From positions 128,001 through 192,000 of the forward strand of contig CAVVOP010000008.1 in assembly GCA_963749915.1 (NCBI GenBank): a stretch of DNA of 64,000 nt, in the 5' to 3' direction. The first letter of the stretch is position 1. Every line of letters begins with the position of its first letter. This stretch comes from an uncultured cyanobacterium (GTDB lineage: Bacteria; Cyanobacteriota; Cyanobacteriia; Cyanobacteriales; Cyanobacteriaceae). Below, in pieces: positions 42,011 through 52,558 of this stretch. The notes beneath the pieces are model-generated. The model was not told where the DNA came from and made no database searches. It saw only the letters and a list, made by a program, of their open reading frames with translations. The translations under genes and the position numbers were made by a program.

Positions 42011-42883
42011 TTGTTAATGATTGCTAACAAGATATATTTCAAAAGAAATAATAATTTTAAATCCCTCTCTAATATATTAATGTTGGTGGGATTTTCTCTG
42101 ACTATTATCTTTATTTTTCTCGCTTTTTCCGCTCCATTATTACAGAATATAGGCTTAATTCAGAACCCTTTAGAATCTTTAAAAAACCCCATTAATCAAG
42201 CTCCAAATTTTCAATATTTTTTCGGAACCAGTGGTCAAGGTTATGACGTTTTTTCTCGCACAATTTTTGGTTCTCAAGCGGCCTTAAAAGTGGTTTTATT
42301 AGCAACCTCTTTTAGCTTAATTATCGGTGTGCCACTGGGGTTAATTAGCGGTTATTTTGGGAGAAAAACTGACAAAATTTTACTATTTTTAATGGATACG
42401 ATTTACACCTTACCAGGGTTATTATTGTCCGTTACATTAGCATTTGTGGTCGGTAGAGGAGTTATTAACGCCGCCTTAGCCTTATCAATTTCCTATATAC
42501 CTCAATATTATCGAGTCGTTAGAAACCATACCACTAGCGTCAAAACTGAATTATATATTGAAGCCGCTAAAGCAATGGGCGCTTCACCGACGAGAATTTT
42601 ATCCAAATATTTGTTTTTCAATGTCATTCAAAGTGTGCCTGTTTTATTTACTCTTAATGCCGCCGATGCCATTTTAATTTTAGGGGGTTTAGGATTTTTA
42701 GGATTAGGATTACCTGAAGATGTGCCAGAATGGGGACATGACTTAAAACTGGCCTTAGATGCTTTGCCAACGGGTATTTGGTGGACGGCATTATTTCCAG
42801 GTTTGGCCATGACTACAATGGTGACTGGTTTATCTTTATTAGGTGAGGGGTTGAGTGAGTGGTTTAATCCACGGAATAAGTAG
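42011..42883 (+). CDS. Peptide/nickel ABC transporter permease (DppC-like)
   Basis: FGTSGQGYDVFSR, YIEAAKAMGAS, LGFLGLG..PEWG. Confidence 0.92.
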   Translation: MLMIANKIYFKRNNNFKSLSNILMLVGFSLTIIFIFLAFSAPLLQNIGLIQNPLESLKNPINQAPNFQYFFGTSGQGYDVFSRTIFGSQAALKVVLLATSFSLIIGVPLGLISGYFGRKTDKILLFLMDTIYTLPGLLLSVTLAFVVGRGVINAALALSISYIPQYYRVVRNHTTSVKTELYIEAAKAMGASPTRILSKYLFFNVIQSVPVLFTLNAADAILILGGLGFLGLGLPEDVPEWGHDLKLALDALPTGIWWTALFPGLAMTTMVTGLSLLGEGLSEWFNPRNK

Positions 42884-42921
42884 TAAATTCAATAAATTAG
42901 TTATCTAAGTCTGAAATAATT

Positions 42922-43365
42922 ATGGAAAATTTTGAGGAAATTAAAGCTAGATTAAGAAAAAAATGGTTGCAATATTATAAGCATAATCGTCAGTGGATTA
43001 ATAAATATTGTCGCGAGAATTGTTTTGTATCTGTGCAAGGATCTTTAGAGGGTGAAACATGGGGTACAGGAGAACGAAGTTTGGATGATAAACGCTTTTC
43101 GGAAGTGCATCCCCCTAGTGAATTAATTATCGGTGTGATTACTGCTTTAGAGCCTCTTTTAGCTCAATATTGGCTTACCGCCTTTGTAGATTTATATGCT
43201 AATAAAGAGAAGATTATTGTAGCTTTGGGCTTAAATTTTGATCCTGAATTAGAGTTTAAAAAAATTGAACAAAAAAACTGGGAAAATCAACAGTTAGTTA
43301 TTGAACCTGAAATTGTTTTAGATGATAATAATTCAATGGAAAAACGTTATCTATCCACACAATAA
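42922..43365 (+). CDS. DUF5331-like protein
   Basis: LRKKWLQYY..NRQWI, PPSELIIGVITALEP, ALGLNFDPE. Confidence 0.7.
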   Translation: MENFEEIKARLRKKWLQYYKHNRQWINKYCRENCFVSVQGSLEGETWGTGERSLDDKRFSEVHPPSELIIGVITALEPLLAQYWLTAFVDLYANKEKIIVALGLNFDPELEFKKIEQKNWENQQLVIEPEIVLDDNNSMEKRYLSTQ

Positions 43366-43399
43366 AATATATTTTTTATGACAAACACTTGAATTAACT

Positions 43400-44347
43400 G
43401 TGAAGAAAAATCAACCAGAATTATCCCTGTTAATACCTTGTTATAATGAAGGGGAAAATTTAGAGCAACTTTTTTTAAGTTTACAATCAGTATTAAAACC
43501 CCTTGAGTTAGATTACGAGATAGTTTGCATTAACGATGGTAGTAAAGATAATACCCTAGAACATCTCATTGACTATCATCGCCAAGATAACCGCATTAAA
43601 GTTATTAACTTGTCTCGTAACTTTGGGAAAGAAATTGCTATGAGTGCTGGATTGGATTATACCACAGGAAAAGCCGTTATCCCCATCGATGCCGATTTAC
43701 AGGATCCACCAGAATTAATAATCGACTTAATCGCAAAATGGCGAGAAGGTTATGATATGGTTTACGCTGTCAGACAATCTCGTCAGGGAGAATCATGGTT
43801 GAAGAAAAAAACTGCTGACTATTTTTATAGCTTTATCGGTAAAATTAGTACTATTCCTATTCCAGCCAATACGGGAGATTATCGTTTGCTAGATGAAAAA
43901 GTCGTCAAGGCTTTAAGACAATTGCCAGAAAAAAATCGCTTTATGAAAGGTTTATTTTCATGGGTGGGTTATCGGCAGGCGGCGATCTATTTTGAAAGAT
44001 TGCCACGATATGGGGGAGAAAGTAGTTTTAATTATTGGAAATTGTGGAATTTTGCCTTAGATGGTATAACCTCTTTTAGTTCAATTCCCCTTAAAGTTTG
44101 GAGTTATTGTGGTTTACTTATCTCTTTAATTTCCTTACTTTACGGCTTATTTTTACTCCTTAAAACTCTCATTTTTGGTGTTGACTTACCGGGTTATGCT
44201 TCTACCATTGTTGCTATTTTATTCTTAGGTGGCATTCAATTAATTACTTTAGGAGTTATTGGTGAATATATTGCCCGAATTTATGAAGAAGTTAAAGATA
44301 GACCACTATATCTTATCCGAGAAACTTACGGTTTTGAGGAGGGATAA
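43400..44347 (+). CDS. GT2 polyprenol-phosphate glycosyltransferase (GtrB-like)
   Basis: PCYNE, NDGSKD, LSRNFGKE, DADLQDPP, two C-terminal TM helices. Confidence 0.93.
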   Translation: MKKNQPELSLLIPCYNEGENLEQLFLSLQSVLKPLELDYEIVCINDGSKDNTLEHLIDYHRQDNRIKVINLSRNFGKEIAMSAGLDYTTGKAVIPIDADLQDPPELIIDLIAKWREGYDMVYAVRQSRQGESWLKKKTADYFYSFIGKISTIPIPANTGDYRLLDEKVVKALRQLPEKNRFMKGLFSWVGYRQAAIYFERLPRYGGESSFNYWKLWNFALDGITSFSSIPLKVWSYCGLLISLISLLYGLFLLLKTLIFGVDLPGYASTIVAILFLGGIQLITLGVIGEYIARIYEEVKDRPLYLIRETYGFEEG

Positions 44348-44426
44348 GAAACTAACGTTACTCAATCATTGATTATTCCTCGGTAAAATAGAAATATAAC
44401 CAACTCATTGAAAATTAATCCGTCCC

Positions 44427-45173
44427 TTGATATTTTTACCATCTAAAACCATAAATACTACGCACCCTCTCTTTATCTACTTACCTGGCATGGACGGCAG
44501 TGGCAAACTTCTTAAAAGTCAAAGTCAGATTTGGCAGAATTTTGATGTGCGTTGCGTGGCGATTCCCCCTCATCATGGCATTGAATGGCTAGAATTAACC
44601 CAACAACTAGTTACTTTAATCCAGCAACAACTAAAAGTTAACGGTGGTCGGGAGATTTATTTATGTGGAGAGTCTTTTGGCGCTTGTTTAGCCATAAAAC
44701 TAATGGAAAAAATGCCCGATATATTTACAAAGGTAATTTTAATTAATTCTGCCTCGGCGTTTCGTGAACGTCCATGGTTACATTGGGGAACTTATGTGAC
44801 ACGAATGATGCCAGATTTTATTTATCGAGGTTCAACCCTATTATTATTGCCGTTTTTAGCGAAATTAGAAGCCTTGAATTTAAGAGAACGTCAACGACTA
44901 CTCAGGGTTATGGCATCATTACCTCCCACTACCGTATCATGGCGCATCAACTTATTAGAAAAATTTTTTCTCGATCAAAACAAGTTAAATAAATATAAAA
45001 AAGATGTTTTAATTGTCGCTTCTGCCGAAGATCAATTATTACCATCCGTGGAAGAAGCTAAGAGATTAAAGAGTCTTTTTACTCAGTCTCAAATAAGTAT
45101 TCTTCCTTATAGTGGTCATTGTTGTTTACTAGAAAAAGAGGTAGATTTACTCAAAATAATCAAAAAATATTAA
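44427..45173 (+). CDS. Alpha/beta hydrolase
   Basis: LPGMDG, GESFG, SGHCCLLE. Confidence 0.88.
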   Translation: MIFLPSKTINTTHPLFIYLPGMDGSGKLLKSQSQIWQNFDVRCVAIPPHHGIEWLELTQQLVTLIQQQLKVNGGREIYLCGESFGACLAIKLMEKMPDIFTKVILINSASAFRERPWLHWGTYVTRMMPDFIYRGSTLLLLPFLAKLEALNLRERQRLLRVMASLPPTTVSWRINLLEKFFLDQNKLNKYKKDVLIVASAEDQLLPSVEEAKRLKSLFTQSQISILPYSGHCCLLEKEVDLLKIIKKY

Positions 45174-45287
45174 AAAGTATTTTTTTGATTAAAGTCGTTC
45201 AAAGCCTTTAAAATATAGACGTTTGGCCAAATTTATTTTTAGTTGATTTATGATTTTTATCATTTATTTTGGAGAAAGAAGGGGCTT

Positions 45288-45340
45288 AATGTAAAGTTTT
45301 GTAAAAATATCTTTCTTTTTCAAAAAAACATTGTTATCTT
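45288..45340 (+). promoter_or_regulatory. HLR1 (RpaB) site plus extended -10 promoter
   Basis: Reverse complement of 45288-45305 is TTTACAAA-AC-TTTACATT (HLR1 consensus); TGnTATCTT at 45332-45340. Confidence 0.65.
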
Positions 45341-45346
45341 ATATAT

Positions 45347-45813
45347 ATGGAAGCAAGTTAAAGGCTTCTTTCGATAGACCAAACAGCTGGTATAAACCGT
45401 AATGTAAAAAGTGAGGTGAAAAGGCTGAAAAAGATACGCAATATCTGTCTTTCGATGACCGAAACAGCAGTTAGTTTTCTGTTTCATATTTCCTAAACTT
45501 GTAAAAAGGGAGCAATGGGACTGGGCTTAATCAGAAAGATTATTTGACGTTCAGTACAACTCTATAAAGTCTCGGTTTAGGTAAGGAAAAAAAAGTGAAT
45601 TAATGGAGGTTAAATAAGCTGTTTACGGTGACTTTAGGTTACGTTTTCGTGAATATCAATGACAGTAGCCAGTGCCGAGTCTTGAATTTCCTAAGATATA
45701 GCGAAGCAGGGAGTAAGGGAACTGAGTTCAAAGGGTTTAGTGCAACTCCGAGCATTCTCAACTAGGGTAGGAAATAATAAAGCGGGTCAACGTCGGGCTA
45801 CTGTTATTGTTAT
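45347..45813 (+). ncRNA. Candidate large structured ncRNA with two copies of one motif (possibly PmgR1/Ncr0700-related; unverified)
   Basis: ORF-free 680-bp gap; promoter; helices 45381-45388/45617-45624 and 45653-45670/45796-45813; repeated GGGAG..ACUG..(C/U)AGU.CAACUC motif. Confidence 0.7.
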
Positions 45814-45856
45814 GATCAGATATAATTTGTACGTTCTCTTCAATATTTACAAATAA

Positions 45857-46069
45857 ATGATCAAAGTAACAGGTATAGTAAAACATCAAAATATCGGTGT
45901 TGGTACATGGACACTAATCGATGATGCTGGAGAAACTTATGAGTTATATAATCCTCCTGAAAGTATCCGTCAAGATGGTTTAAAAGTCTCAGTAGAGGGT
46001 AGGATCAGAGAAGATATAATGACGATCGCCATGGTGGGGAAAATACTGGAAATTATGTCTTTGTGTTAA
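45857..46069 (+). CDS. Small conserved hypothetical protein
   Basis: GVGTWTL...GETYEL...DGLKVSVEG.IREDIMTIAMVG.ILE. Confidence 0.75.
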   Translation: MIKVTGIVKHQNIGVGTWTLIDDAGETYELYNPPESIRQDGLKVSVEGRIREDIMTIAMVGKILEIMSLC

Positions 46070-46101
46070 TTGTTAATTGTTAGTTGTTAATTGGTAATAG
46101 T

Positions 46102-47067
46102 TTAACTGCTTTTCCAGATTTGCTCCAAAATTTTATCAGCGGGTATATCGGCAATTTGATCACTTAAGGATTGAATACCAATAAAGCGATCGCTATGGGG
46201 AGGTAACAATTTTTTCGGTTGAGTAGGTCCAAAAAGGGCGATAGTATAAGTACCTACGGCCACGGCTAACTGCATGGGCGCACTATCGGTACATAACATT
46301 AAATTTGCCCCGGCAATAACTGCGGCTAATTTACCCATATCTGGAGGACTAATTACTTTCACCGTTGGGCATAAGTCCAATACTTGCGTTGTCCATTCTA
46401 AGTCATCAGGACCGCATAGTAAGACAATAGGTAATTCAGGTTGTTTCTTTTGAACATCTTCAATAATTCTCTGCCATTTAGGGACGGGATATATTTTGTT
46501 AATGCCCTGAGTCACCGTCAAAGGACTTGCACCGCCATGAATTAGGATATAACCAGTGGTTTTGATGTTGATCCGTTTTTGTTCCGATTCTGCCCAGTCA
46601 ATGTCTTCTTTAGGTACATTTATGGTTAAATCTGGACAGGGTGAATGAATATTTAAACCTTTGAGTAGGTCATGATACATCCAAGGGATGTATTGTTCTG
46701 TTTTTTGGGGAACTGGATGATTAATAAACCATGAACTATTGGTTTTGTAGCCGATGCGAGTAGGAATACCATTAAGCCACAACAAGAAAGCTACCGCCCA
46801 ATTTTTTTCAAGGGTGATGGCTAATTCGTACTCTCTGTCTCTAATAATACCGAGTAAGTTAAGATAATCTGCTAAACCGTTATTATCTTGAAAGTCAAAC
46901 ACCAGTACTTCGTGAACATATTTACAGACTCTATAGGTATTTTTCGAGCGTGGTTCGACGACAACATCAATAATCGCTTCTGGATATTGATCTTTAAGGG
47001 TTTTAAGAGTGGGAAAGAATAAAATTTGATCGCTGATGCCACCGGGGATAAGAGCTAACATTCGCAT
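46102..47067 (-). CDS. GT9-family glycosyltransferase
   Basis: LIPGGISDQILFFP, TDSAPMQLAVAVG, ALFGPT. Confidence 0.9.
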   Translation of the reverse strand: MRMLALIPGGISDQILFFPTLKTLKDQYPEAIIDVVVEPRSKNTYRVCKYVHEVLVFDFQDNNGLADYLNLLGIIRDREYELAITLEKNWAVAFLLWLNGIPTRIGYKTNSSWFINHPVPQKTEQYIPWMYHDLLKGLNIHSPCPDLTINVPKEDIDWAESEQKRINIKTTGYILIHGGASPLTVTQGINKIYPVPKWQRIIEDVQKKQPELPIVLLCGPDDLEWTTQVLDLCPTVKVISPPDMGKLAAVIAGANLMLCTDSAPMQLAVAVGTYTIALFGPTQPKKLLPPHSDRFIGIQSLSDQIADIPADKILEQIWKSS

Positions 47068-47220
47068 GGTAATAACTGTATTTAATTACTTCTATAAGCT
47101 TAATTTTAAGGGATTAATTGGCTATCACACCGTTTTTGTAAAGAAAGATTGTTTAGGGTTGTTAATTTTCCCCCAGCCCAAAAAATGAGGAATCGGAAAA
47201 AAGTCTTCATAGTTGGGAAT

Positions 47221-48003
47221 TTAGGGGCATATAAGTTTAATATCTAAATCTTGATAAAATTCTTCTTGATATAATTCAACCTTAGATTGAGATGATAGTA
47301 ATAATAATGCCCAAAATATTCCCACTCTATCCTCAGACTTTTCTTGTTGATAATCTCGCCAATGATTAACTAATTCATCTAATTGAATATTGTCATGATG
47401 ATCCTCTCTAAGTAAATTTGCCGTTAAAAATTCATTGATTTGTTGGGCCAATTCCGTTAAATTTTCATTATGGGCTAATTCGGTGATACTTTTTAAGGCT
47501 TGTTTACGGGTATAACCTTTTTTCGTCTTATTCAACGGTAAGCTATGGGCGATTTTTTTATCTTCTAATTCACTCTCCATCCCCTGTAATTGGGTGATTA
47601 ATTCCGCTAATGTCACTTTTCTCGTTTTTAGCGGTGGCGCACAAGTACGTCTTTTAATATGTTTATCTAAATCACTATTTCTAAAATTGCGCCTAATGGC
47701 TTCTAATTGCGATTCTTCCGCAAAATTCTCCAAGTTTTCCCTGTCCTCCCCTTTTTGACTCAAGTTTTCGAGAGTTTCCGCCTTAAATAACACCAACATG
47801 GAGGCCCATAACATCACCTGCCCTGATTGAGATAAATCTGTAGTTGGTAAATCAAGGTTATGACGGTCATTTATACCTAATTCCACTAAAAAACGATCGA
47901 TAATTTCGATTACCTGCACATCCCAGGGATTTATCTCGCCTTTTTGTGCTAATTCTATTAATAACTCAATGGCTTGACTTGCCGGACTGTTATTTGCAAT
48001 CAT
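47221..48003 (-). CDS. scpA: Segregation/condensation protein A
   Basis: LAQKGEINPWDVQVI, FWALLLLSSQSKVELYQEEFY. Confidence 0.9.
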   Translation of the reverse strand: MIANNSPASQAIELLIELAQKGEINPWDVQVIEIIDRFLVELGINDRHNLDLPTTDLSQSGQVMLWASMLVLFKAETLENLSQKGEDRENLENFAEESQLEAIRRNFRNSDLDKHIKRRTCAPPLKTRKVTLAELITQLQGMESELEDKKIAHSLPLNKTKKGYTRKQALKSITELAHNENLTELAQQINEFLTANLLREDHHDNIQLDELVNHWRDYQQEKSEDRVGIFWALLLLSSQSKVELYQEEFYQDLDIKLICP

Positions 48004-48065
48004 TTTTATCTTATTTGTATTGCCTTCATTCCCCTAGTGAGAAAGTGCGTAAATGAAACAGGGGT

Positions 48066-49130
48066 TTAAAATAAAGACTTGTCCAACCGCTTCCTATTGT
48101 GACATAAAGCGATGGCCAATTCAATAGAAGCAATCATACTGTTAGGGTTAGCAATGCCTTGTCCCGCAATGTCAAAGGCAGTACCATGATCAGGGGAAGT
48201 GCGAATAAAAGGTAAGCCGAGGGTGGTATTTATTGCTTGTTCAAAAGCCATAGATTTCACAGGTATTAAACCTTGATCATGGTATAGGGCAAAAAAAGCA
48301 TCAGCAGTCACAATGTTGGAGTCATGGTACCATGCTTGAGCCGGTTTTACCCATAAAGTGTCAGGAGGAGTTAACCCCGTTAATTTGCATTGAGGGTAGC
48401 GTTTCCTTGCATTTTCTAGCCAGTCATTTAACCATTCTTTTTCCTCTGTACCTAGTTTGCCATCTTCACCACTATGGGGATTTAATCCGGCGATGGCAAT
48501 GTGAGGATGAGTTAAGTTAAAATCTCGTTTAAGGGTATGAATTAATAAATCTAGTTTTAAATCCATTAAAGAAGGGTTAAGGGTATCAGCAACAGCCTTT
48601 AAGGGGATATGGGTAGTGGCTAAAAGGGTGCGTAATGTCCAACCCGTATAAGGAGACTTTCCGACAAACATCATGGCAAATTTGGTGACTCCGCATTTTT
48701 GTGCCAACACTTCTGTTTGTCCTGGGTAATTATAACCTGCTTTTTGCCATAAAGATTTCGCAATGGGTGCGGTGACGATACCATCAAATTTACCCTCTAA
48801 AGTCAACTCGATCGCCTTTTCTAAATATAAAAAACTAGCTTTTCCTGTGTCAGTGTTACCCTGACCCCGAGTAAAATCGAAGGGGCTATTTATACCAATA
48901 ACACTTAATTTGTCAGGATGTGCTAGATTAATATTAGTTTTGTTCTTGAAATGATTATAGGTCTTTTCTAAACAAGATGGAGAGCCAATGATAGTTATGT
49001 TTGCTTGAGTGGAAATAAGAGGATTTGATAAAGCCTTAAGTATAATTTCCGAGCCGATACTAGCCGGATCACCTAAAGTAATAGCTAGGTTAATTTTATG
49101 AGGATTATAGGGAGTCATTAATCTAGTCAA
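48066..49130 (-). CDS. pdxA: 4-hydroxythreonine-4-phosphate dehydrogenase
   Basis: [41 protein letters not shown]. Confidence 0.98.
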   Translation of the reverse strand: MTRLMTPYNPHKINLAITLGDPASIGSEIILKALSNPLISTQANITIIGSPSCLEKTYNHFKNKTNINLAHPDKLSVIGINSPFDFTRGQGNTDTGKASFLYLEKAIELTLEGKFDGIVTAPIAKSLWQKAGYNYPGQTEVLAQKCGVTKFAMMFVGKSPYTGWTLRTLLATTHIPLKAVADTLNPSLMDLKLDLLIHTLKRDFNLTHPHIAIAGLNPHSGEDGKLGTEEKEWLNDWLENARKRYPQCKLTGLTPPDTLWVKPAQAWYHDSNIVTADAFFALYHDQGLIPVKSMAFEQAINTTLGLPFIRTSPDHGTAFDIAGQGIANPNSMIASIELAIALCHNRKRLDKSLF

Positions 49131-49225
49131 TATTTATTGGATTGTTGATAGTGGTTTAACACGATTAAGCCTTGATAAAAATTAATGATTACTAATTATT
49201 TATTGTAGTTCAGTTTAGATATTTT

Positions 49226-49813
49226 GTGATTATAGAAAATCTGTCAATAATTCAAATTTTAGCGATACTCTCGGCATCCGCCGCTGGGGGTATGAGAATA
49301 GGCTTACCCTTATTGATTATTGGCATAGTGCGTCTGGATCAATTATGGAGTAATATTCCCTTTTTGTCCTCTTTAAATCCCCAACTTATTGTCGGTGTCC
49401 TCACCAGTTGGTCACTTTTTGAATTATTCGGCACAAAAAAACTCATCGGTTTACGCATTGTACAAATTATACAGTTAATATTTAGTCCCTTAGTAGGGGG
49501 ATTAATGGCCATAGCAGTAGCAAGTTTAATTGATGTGCAAATTACTCCTTTCTGGTTACTAGGTTTAATCGGCGGATTGTTCGCATTAGTTTTGAAATTA
49601 GTGCAAGTGGGATGGTTTTTTCGTTTAGGTAAAATTCCCATTGCTTTCATTTTTTTTGAAGATTTTTTATCCGCAGCCCTAGTTATTTTTGCCCTTGAAG
49701 CTCCAGAAAATGGCGGTTTAATTGCTATGATTTTATTATGGATTGCTTTGCGTAGTTCCGCAGAATGGAAGCGTAGGTTTAAAACAGCAGATCAAAAGAA
49801 AGTTGACGGATGA
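49226..49813 (+). CDS. DUF4126-like membrane protein
   Basis: LSASAAGGMRIGLPLL; multiple TM helices; FFED. Confidence 0.7.
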   Translation: MIIENLSIIQILAILSASAAGGMRIGLPLLIIGIVRLDQLWSNIPFLSSLNPQLIVGVLTSWSLFELFGTKKLIGLRIVQIIQLIFSPLVGGLMAIAVASLIDVQITPFWLLGLIGGLFALVLKLVQVGWFFRLGKIPIAFIFFEDFLSAALVIFALEAPENGGLIAMILLWIALRSSAEWKRRFKTADQKKVDG

Positions 49814-50110
49814 AAGTCGAATTTACATTGTACATCTATCAGTGTGTCCATTAATCGTGTCTTTAAGGATCAAGATGAAGATAAATCATTGGGCGATCGC
49901 TTTGTTATTATTTTCTCCAAATTATTATCTCACAAAATACAAATGTAATTAAAGTCCAATTTTAATTCGGTTAGAGTATAATACAACATAAGCCACTCTA
50001 GCTCTTTTTGTTCATTTAAGCTTGATGTGCTAGTGTTTCTACCCTCCATTCTAGGTGATCGCAGGCCTATGTGTAGCCCCAAATTTGAATGAATTTATAT
50101 ATTTGAACAA

Positions 50111-52531
50111 ATGTCCATCAAAAATAGAATTATCTTTGGTTATATTTTAGTATTATGTATCGGTCTAGCGGGAGTTATAATAGGACTAGTTTTTAGTGAT
50201 TACTATCAACAAAAAGCATCGGAAACAAGAAAGTATGCTTCTCATGAACTGCAATTGTTAAGTGAACTACAAATTGCTGTGTTGTATAATCGACCAGCCC
50301 AACAGTTATCTCCATACTTACAACAACCTGGAAATTTCCAGCGAGAAGGGAATCAATTGATTGAGAGATTAGAACAAATACAGGCTCTAATATCTGAACA
50401 ATTAACTATTCACGACATTAATCAACATAAAAATGGGATGTCAGACGAATTAGAAATTTTGTTGCAGAAATATAATATTGTTGTGGCTGATTTTACTCAA
50501 TTTACTCAAAAATTCTTAAATGAGGTTGAACCTCTTACGGCATCACCCAATCAAGCTGGAGAAGCATATGGATTATTGATGCAGTTCGTCCATAGTGAGA
50601 AATTTATCAAATTTATTGAATTTCCGGATCAAATCAGGAAACACTATCAGAAGTTACTTGAGCACCAAGAGGAAGCCGAAATTGCAGAAAAAAATGCCGA
50701 AACTATAGCTAATCGAACCATTCTCTTAAGTGTGATTTTATCCATTGCAACGGGGATGATTTTGGCTGAATATACTAGCCGAGGGATCGCCAATCCCATT
50801 CGAGATTTAACAAGTATAGCCCGCAAAGTTACCAGAGAATCCAATTTTGACTTACGTGCTACTGTTACCAGTGACGACGAAGTAGGAAGTTTAGCAACTT
50901 CTTTTAACCAACTAATTCACAGCATAAACCAACTGCTACAGGAAAAGAATAAATATACTGAGGAACTTGAGCAATCCAAGGAATTAGCTGAAGAAGCCAA
51001 TCAATCTAAAAGTAATTTCCTTGCCAATATGAGCCATGAATTGCGAACTCCCCTTAATACTATTATTGGCTATAGTGAACTATTACTCGAAGAAGCCGAA
51101 GACATGGGTGAAAAAAAACTTGTGGAGGATCTTAGTAAAATTCGCGGTGCAGGAAAACATTTATTGGGACTAATTAACGATATTTTGGACATTTCTAAAA
51201 TCGAAGCAGGGCGCATGGAATTATATTTAGAAGATTTTCAGATTACACCCTTGATTGACGATATAGTTGATGCAATCAAACCGTTAATTGAGCAACAAAA
51301 TAATCATTTAGTCATTGACAGTGCAGATAATCTTGACTCGATGCACGCAGACATCACTAAAGTCCGTCAAATCTTATTTAATCTTCTCACTAATGCCAAT
51401 AAATTCACCAAACAAGGAACGATTGAACTTAATTGGCAATCCTATCAACAGCAAAACCAACAAGATTGGCTGAAAATTGAAGTAAAAGATACAGGCATTG
51501 GCATGACTCCAGCACAACTGACTAAACTTTTTCAGGCTTTTACCCAGGCAGATGTATCCACAACTCGCAAATATGGTGGAACTGGTTTAGGATTAGCCAT
51601 CACCAAAACATTCTGTGGGATGATGGGCGGAAATATTTCCGTAGAAAGTGAATTAGGTGTGGGTTCTACCTTCACAGTCAGATTGCCAGTTCATGTAGTG
51701 GAATCTCAACAACAAGATTCGGTCACGAAAAAACTGGTTAAGCAAACAGATGAACTCCCCTCTTTAGAATCTTCGGTGACATCAGAAAATACTGTACTGT
51801 TAATTGACGATGATCCCCTTACCCATGAATTGATTGAGGGATTTCTAGTCAAAGAAGGATTCAAAGTGATTGCCACAACCGACCCAGAAAAGGGGGTGAA
51901 AATAGCCAAAAAGACACGGCCCAATGTGATTATTTTAGATATAATTATGCCCAAAATGGACGGATGGACTGTATTGAAATATCTTCAGACTGATTTAGAT
52001 TTAGCATCAATTCCGGTAATTATGACAACTTTTCTCCCGGAGCAAAATTTAGGTTATGCTTTAGGTGCGACTGATTATTTAACCAAACCGATTCAGATAA
52101 AACAATTAAAAGCAATTTTGCAAAAGTATCGATTTGAGCGAACTAATCCTCTAGCCATGATAGTTGATGATGATTTCCTTAACCGAGAACTATTACGTGA
52201 TATTTTGGCAAAAGAAGAAGTAGAAATAATCGAAGCGGAAAATGGAGCTAAAGCTCTAGAAATAATTAAATTAAGAAAACCTGACTTACTACTGTTAGAT
52301 TTGATGATGCCAGAAATGGATGGTTTTGAGGTTATTAAAAGACTCGAACAGAATCCGCAATGGCAAAATATTCCCATTATTATTATTACGGCTAAAGATC
52401 TAACCTTGGAAGAGAGAAAGCTTTTAAATGCTCGTGTAGAGATAATTTTGCACAAGGGGGCTTATAAAAAGCAGGCTTTATTGCAACAAATTCATTCCCT
52501 TTTAGAAGTGGCAATTTCTCGTCAAAGTTAA
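50111..52531 (+). CDS. Hybrid histidine kinase (TM-HAMP-HisKA-HATPase-REC-REC)
   Basis: [32 protein letters not shown]; two receivers (LDIIMP, LDLMMP). Confidence 0.95.
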   Translation: MSIKNRIIFGYILVLCIGLAGVIIGLVFSDYYQQKASETRKYASHELQLLSELQIAVLYNRPAQQLSPYLQQPGNFQREGNQLIERLEQIQALISEQLTIHDINQHKNGMSDELEILLQKYNIVVADFTQFTQKFLNEVEPLTASPNQAGEAYGLLMQFVHSEKFIKFIEFPDQIRKHYQKLLEHQEEAEIAEKNAETIANRTILLSVILSIATGMILAEYTSRGIANPIRDLTSIARKVTRESNFDLRATVTSDDEVGSLATSFNQLIHSINQLLQEKNKYTEELEQSKELAEEANQSKSNFLANMSHELRTPLNTIIGYSELLLEEAEDMGEKKLVEDLSKIRGAGKHLLGLINDILDISKIEAGRMELYLEDFQITPLIDDIVDAIKPLIEQQNNHLVIDSADNLDSMHADITKVRQILFNLLTNANKFTKQGTIELNWQSYQQQNQQDWLKIEVKDTGIGMTPAQLTKLFQAFTQADVSTTRKYGGTGLGLAITKTFCGMMGGNISVESELGVGSTFTVRLPVHVVESQQQDSVTKKLVKQTDELPSLESSVTSENTVLLIDDDPLTHELIEGFLVKEGFKVIATTDPEKGVKIAKKTRPNVIILDIIMPKMDGWTVLKYLQTDLDLASIPVIMTTFLPEQNLGYALGATDYLTKPIQIKQLKAILQKYRFERTNPLAMIVDDDFLNRELLRDILAKEEVEIIEAENGAKALEIIKLRKPDLLLLDLMMPEMDGFEVIKRLEQNPQWQNIPIIIITAKDLTLEERKLLNARVEIILHKGAYKKQALLQQIHSLLEVAISRQS

Positions 52532-52558
52532 TCTAATCAATCCAAGTATCAGTAAAAT

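Noticed and set aside
45347..45813. Identification as RNase P RNA, tmRNA, 6S, SRP RNA or a group I/II intron
   Set aside because: Their hallmark sequences (GAGGAAAGUCC, tRNA-like ends with a tag ORF, domain V) are not present.
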